Shown here one piece after another: positions 61,913-64,000 of a DNA stretch of 64,000 nt. Location: positions 968-64,967 of the forward strand of contig CAYQEJ010000002.1 in NCBI GenBank assembly GCA_964416505.1. The letters run 5' to 3'. The notes under the pieces were generated by a model, which saw only the letters and a list, made by a program, of their open reading frames with translations, was not told the DNA's origin and made no database searches. Each line of letters begins with the position of its first letter. Position 1 is the first letter of the stretch. Origin of the DNA: an uncultured Gammaproteobacteria bacterium (lineage in GTDB: Bacteria > Patescibacteriota > Microgenomatia > Levybacterales > UBA12049). The position numbers and the translations under genes are program-made.

Positions 61913-62473
61913 TTAATTAACTTTTTGCGAATATTCTCCGGTTCTAGTATCAATCTTAACCTTGTCCCCTACTTTTATAAAGAGAGGTACTCTAGTCTTT
62001 AATCCATTATCTAAAGTTGCATCTTTGTAAATATTTGAAGCAGAATTGCCTTTTACACCCGGGTCCGCTTCTTCTACTTCAAAATCCATTTTTGGAGGCA
62101 AGTTAAGAGCTAAAACTTCATTATCTAAAACTGAAATATTAAAACTCTCTCCCTCTTTCAGATACGCTCCATCCGTTCCAACCAAACTTAAAGGAACAGA
62201 AATCTGCTCAAATGTACCAGGATCCATAAAAAAAGCATTTTCCGAATCTTTATAAAGATATTGGACATCCTTCTTAAAAACCTGAACATTATTCACTTTT
62301 GCATTATTAGTAAATCCTTTTTCTGTGGTAGAGCCTTGTCTTATGTTTTTAACTTTTACTTTAATATTTGCTGATCCTCTACCCATTTTTATGTGCTCAT
62401 ATGACAAAACTTGATAGAGTTGTCCATTCTCTTCAAAGATTGTCCCAGCACGAAGTTCTTGTACGCCTATCAT
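61913..62473 (-). CDS. efp: elongation factor P
   Basis: KOW-like N-domain. C-terminal KVPLFIKVGDKVKIDTRTGEYSQKV is EF-P-like. Confidence 0.85.
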   Translation of the reverse strand: MIGVQELRAGTIFEENGQLYQVLSYEHIKMGRGSANIKVKVKNIRQGSTTEKGFTNNAKVNNVQVFKKDVQYLYKDSENAFFMDPGTFEQISVPLSLVGTDGAYLKEGESFNISVLDNEVLALNLPPKMDFEVEEADPGVKGNSASNIYKDATLDNGLKTRVPLFIKVGDKVKIDTRTGEYSQKVN

Positions 62474-63426
62474 TTATTTCTTCTTACTCGGATCAGTCCA
62501 GATCCGGCAATAATCTCTACTCCTTTCTTTTCTATTAAATCTAAAAATATATTCGCTCCAATTGAATCTGAGGCCATATGTCCTGCATTAATTACATTTA
62601 CATGAAGTTTTTTTAATTCTTTCAATGCGTCTTCTGGGATATGCATGTCAACAAGTGTACCAACTCCTGCTTTAGCAAGTTCTGCATATACCTCTTTTGA
62701 AGGATTTGTTCCTCCTGTAAAGAAAATCGCTACTTTTCCAGCTCTAGACTTGGAACTTCCAGACACAATCTCAGGACCATTCTTGCCCCTCATAGCTTCC
62801 TGATATTCAGGAAGTTCCATGAGATAATCGACTATCTCCCCTACTGTGTCAAATTTCTTCTTTGATAAATAATTTTTCATAAACTCGTCACCAATATTGT
62901 CCCAAGTAGTATGCAGATTCATCAAAGGCATTTCCAAAAGTCTTGCTGTATCAACTATTTGATTGTGATTACTTGGGTGAATCCTTCTTTTTATATCATT
63001 CATTCTTTCCCCCATTAAGGCATCTACAACATTTATAGGGACTCCAGCTTGAGCATAAGCATCTACTTGAAGATCCATAACATCATGAAGTGCTGCAAGA
63101 GAAATTCCAACTGGATGATGTCCAACTACTGCGTCAATTTTTGCACCTTTTTGGTTAAGCCTATCTGCTAATAAAATCTCTGTTGCGTCAGGATCGATCC
63201 CTACTAATATTTTCTTAATCGGTGTCTTAGGGTCACCAAATAGAATTCTTGTGTCAGAATATGGATTCGTAAGCGCTTCCTTATCAAAATACTTTTTCTT
63301 TGACTCTGGAAGCTCTTCAAATTCTTTTTTTATTCTTTTAAGAAGCGACAAAACCCCCGATTTACCTCTTGGATCCGCATTTATACCCATTTCGAGAGCT
63401 AAATCATAAATTTCTTGAAGTGTCAT
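62470..63426 (-). CDS. Nif3-family dinuclear-metal-centre protein
   Basis: VVGHHP and AGHMASDSIG motifs. Longer than typical because of a central insert. Confidence 0.65.
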   Translation of the reverse strand: MTLQEIYDLALEMGINADPRGKSGVLSLLKRIKKEFEELPESKKKYFDKEALTNPYSDTRILFGDPKTPIKKILVGIDPDATEILLADRLNQKGAKIDAVVGHHPVGISLAALHDVMDLQVDAYAQAGVPINVVDALMGERMNDIKRRIHPSNHNQIVDTARLLEMPLMNLHTTWDNIGDEFMKNYLSKKKFDTVGEIVDYLMELPEYQEAMRGKNGPEIVSGSSKSRAGKVAIFFTGGTNPSKEVYAELAKAGVGTLVDMHIPEDALKELKKLHVNVINAGHMASDSIGANIFLDLIEKKGVEIIAGSGLIRVRRNK

Positions 63427-63473
63427 ATGGGAAAGTATATAATATTCGAAGCTAAAAATAAAGATTTAAACGA

Positions 63474-63557
63474 GGCGCGGTGGTGGAATGGTAGACACGA
63501 AGGTCTCAAAAACCTTTGAGCTTTAAACTCATGTGGGTTCGACTCCCTCCCGCGCTA
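63474..63557 (+). tRNA. tRNA-Leu (anticodon CAA)
   Basis: GGCGCGG acceptor (G1-U72 wobble), GTGGAATGGTAGACAC D-arm, anticodon loop CTCAAAA, long variable arm, TTCGACT T-loop, CCGCGCT-A 3' end. Confidence 0.8.
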
Positions 63558-63637
63558 CTTAATATAAAAAAATTAGACTAGCTTCCAAATGTTGCTAGTC
63601 TAATTTTGTTTCGAAACAAATTACTCAAAGAAAAAAC

Positions 63638-63943
63638 TTAAACAGTTCCTCCTTGACCAGATGTTCCTTGATCTCCACCCCCCATTCCTGGATCTTGAGG
63701 TGGCATTCCACCTGCATTTGGGTCTGGTGTTGGAGTAGGTGCTGGAGGTGGTGGCGTCCAACCTTGATTTGGATCAACTACTGGAGCCTCTTGTCCTACA
63801 CCTGGATCAGCTGGAGGTGGAGTTGTTCCACCAACGTTTGGATCTTGTGCTGGCATTCCCCCTCCCATTCCTGGATCTACGGGTGGCATTCCACCTGCAT
63901 TTGGGTCTGGTGTTCCTACTGTTGGGTTATTTTGGTCGTCCAT
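63638..63943 (-). CDS. Pro/Gly-rich low-complexity repeat protein
   Basis: GGGAGGTG RBS, 5-nt spacer, ATG. Internal repeats DPNAGGMPP(V/Q)DPGMGGG. Chosen over the complementary W/C-rich shadow ORF because of the RBS. Confidence 0.5.
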   Translation of the reverse strand: MDDQNNPTVGTPDPNAGGMPPVDPGMGGGMPAQDPNVGGTTPPPADPGVGQEAPVVDPNQGWTPPPPAPTPTPDPNAGGMPPQDPGMGGGDQGTSGQGGTV

Positions 63944-64000
63944 ATAATCACCTCCCTCTTGCCTGGGTAACCAGGACTTTGTCTTATCATATCGGTCTTA

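Noticed and set aside
63653-63970. Plus-strand 105-aa Trp/Cys-rich ORF
   Set aside because: It is the antisense shadow of the Pro/Gly-rich gene (CCN/GGN codons read as W/C/S on the opposite strand). It has no RBS, whereas the minus-strand ORF has a perfect one.

Overview
This is a low-GC (~33%) bacterial window with streamlined housekeeping genes. Several features suggest a CPR/Patescibacteria-like, probably monoderm, organism, though that is inference. Trigger factor lacks a PPIase domain, pheT and thrS are short forms, and the type IV pilus locus has no secretin. Many genes have a TATAAT box 6-9 nt upstream of the ATG, which suggests leaderless transcripts.

Contents, left to right:
- A four-gene cell-wall hydrolase cluster (LysM-Rpf-like, LysM-SLT-like, two paralogous glucosaminidase-like proteins) interleaved with tRNA-Gly(GCC) and tRNA-Leu(TAG).
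- tig.
- A higher-GC island (7.07-9.53 kb) with a consensus-RBS mini-operon of unknown small proteins, tRNA-Val(GAC) and a 385-aa protein with three tandem HTH-like repeats.
- A translation block: thrS, infC, rpmI, rplT.
- A short greA, apparently truncated at the start of a second higher-GC island (13.54-16.53 kb). The island carries a UPRT-like gene and a prephenate dehydratase with two ACT domains, preceded by a Phe-rich leader peptide and a terminator, which looks like an attenuator.
- pheS and pheT, a class A PBP, tyrS, recG, rpmF, nusB, rnc, rpsP, a KH protein and trmD.
- A 13-gene type IV pilus locus on the minus strand, holding pilB, pilT, pilC, pilD, pilM, pilN, pilO and six pilin/pilus-associated genes.
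- A small holB followed by an unusual array of four single-gene cassettes (38.7-42.9 kb). Each cassette ends in a regenerated, synonymously diverged copy of the last 15 codons of holB, and the array is punctuated by GCAAGG..CCTTGC+GAGGCTA hairpins and consensus leaderless promoters.
- gyrB, an H+-pyrophosphatase, gyrA and folD.
- A XerC/D-like tyrosine recombinase next to a ~1.5-kb candidate mini-element with terminal inverted repeats, and a ~950-bp AT-rich non-coding tract with a recurring TTAGCCTCAAAAT motif.
- yebC, an LCP-like small operon with overlapping mini-ORFs, an rluA-family gene, an lgt-like gene, an MFS transporter, efp, a Nif3-like gene, tRNA-Leu(CAA) and a Pro/Gly-repeat protein.

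Standard genetic code; no CRISPR array and no rRNA genes were seen.
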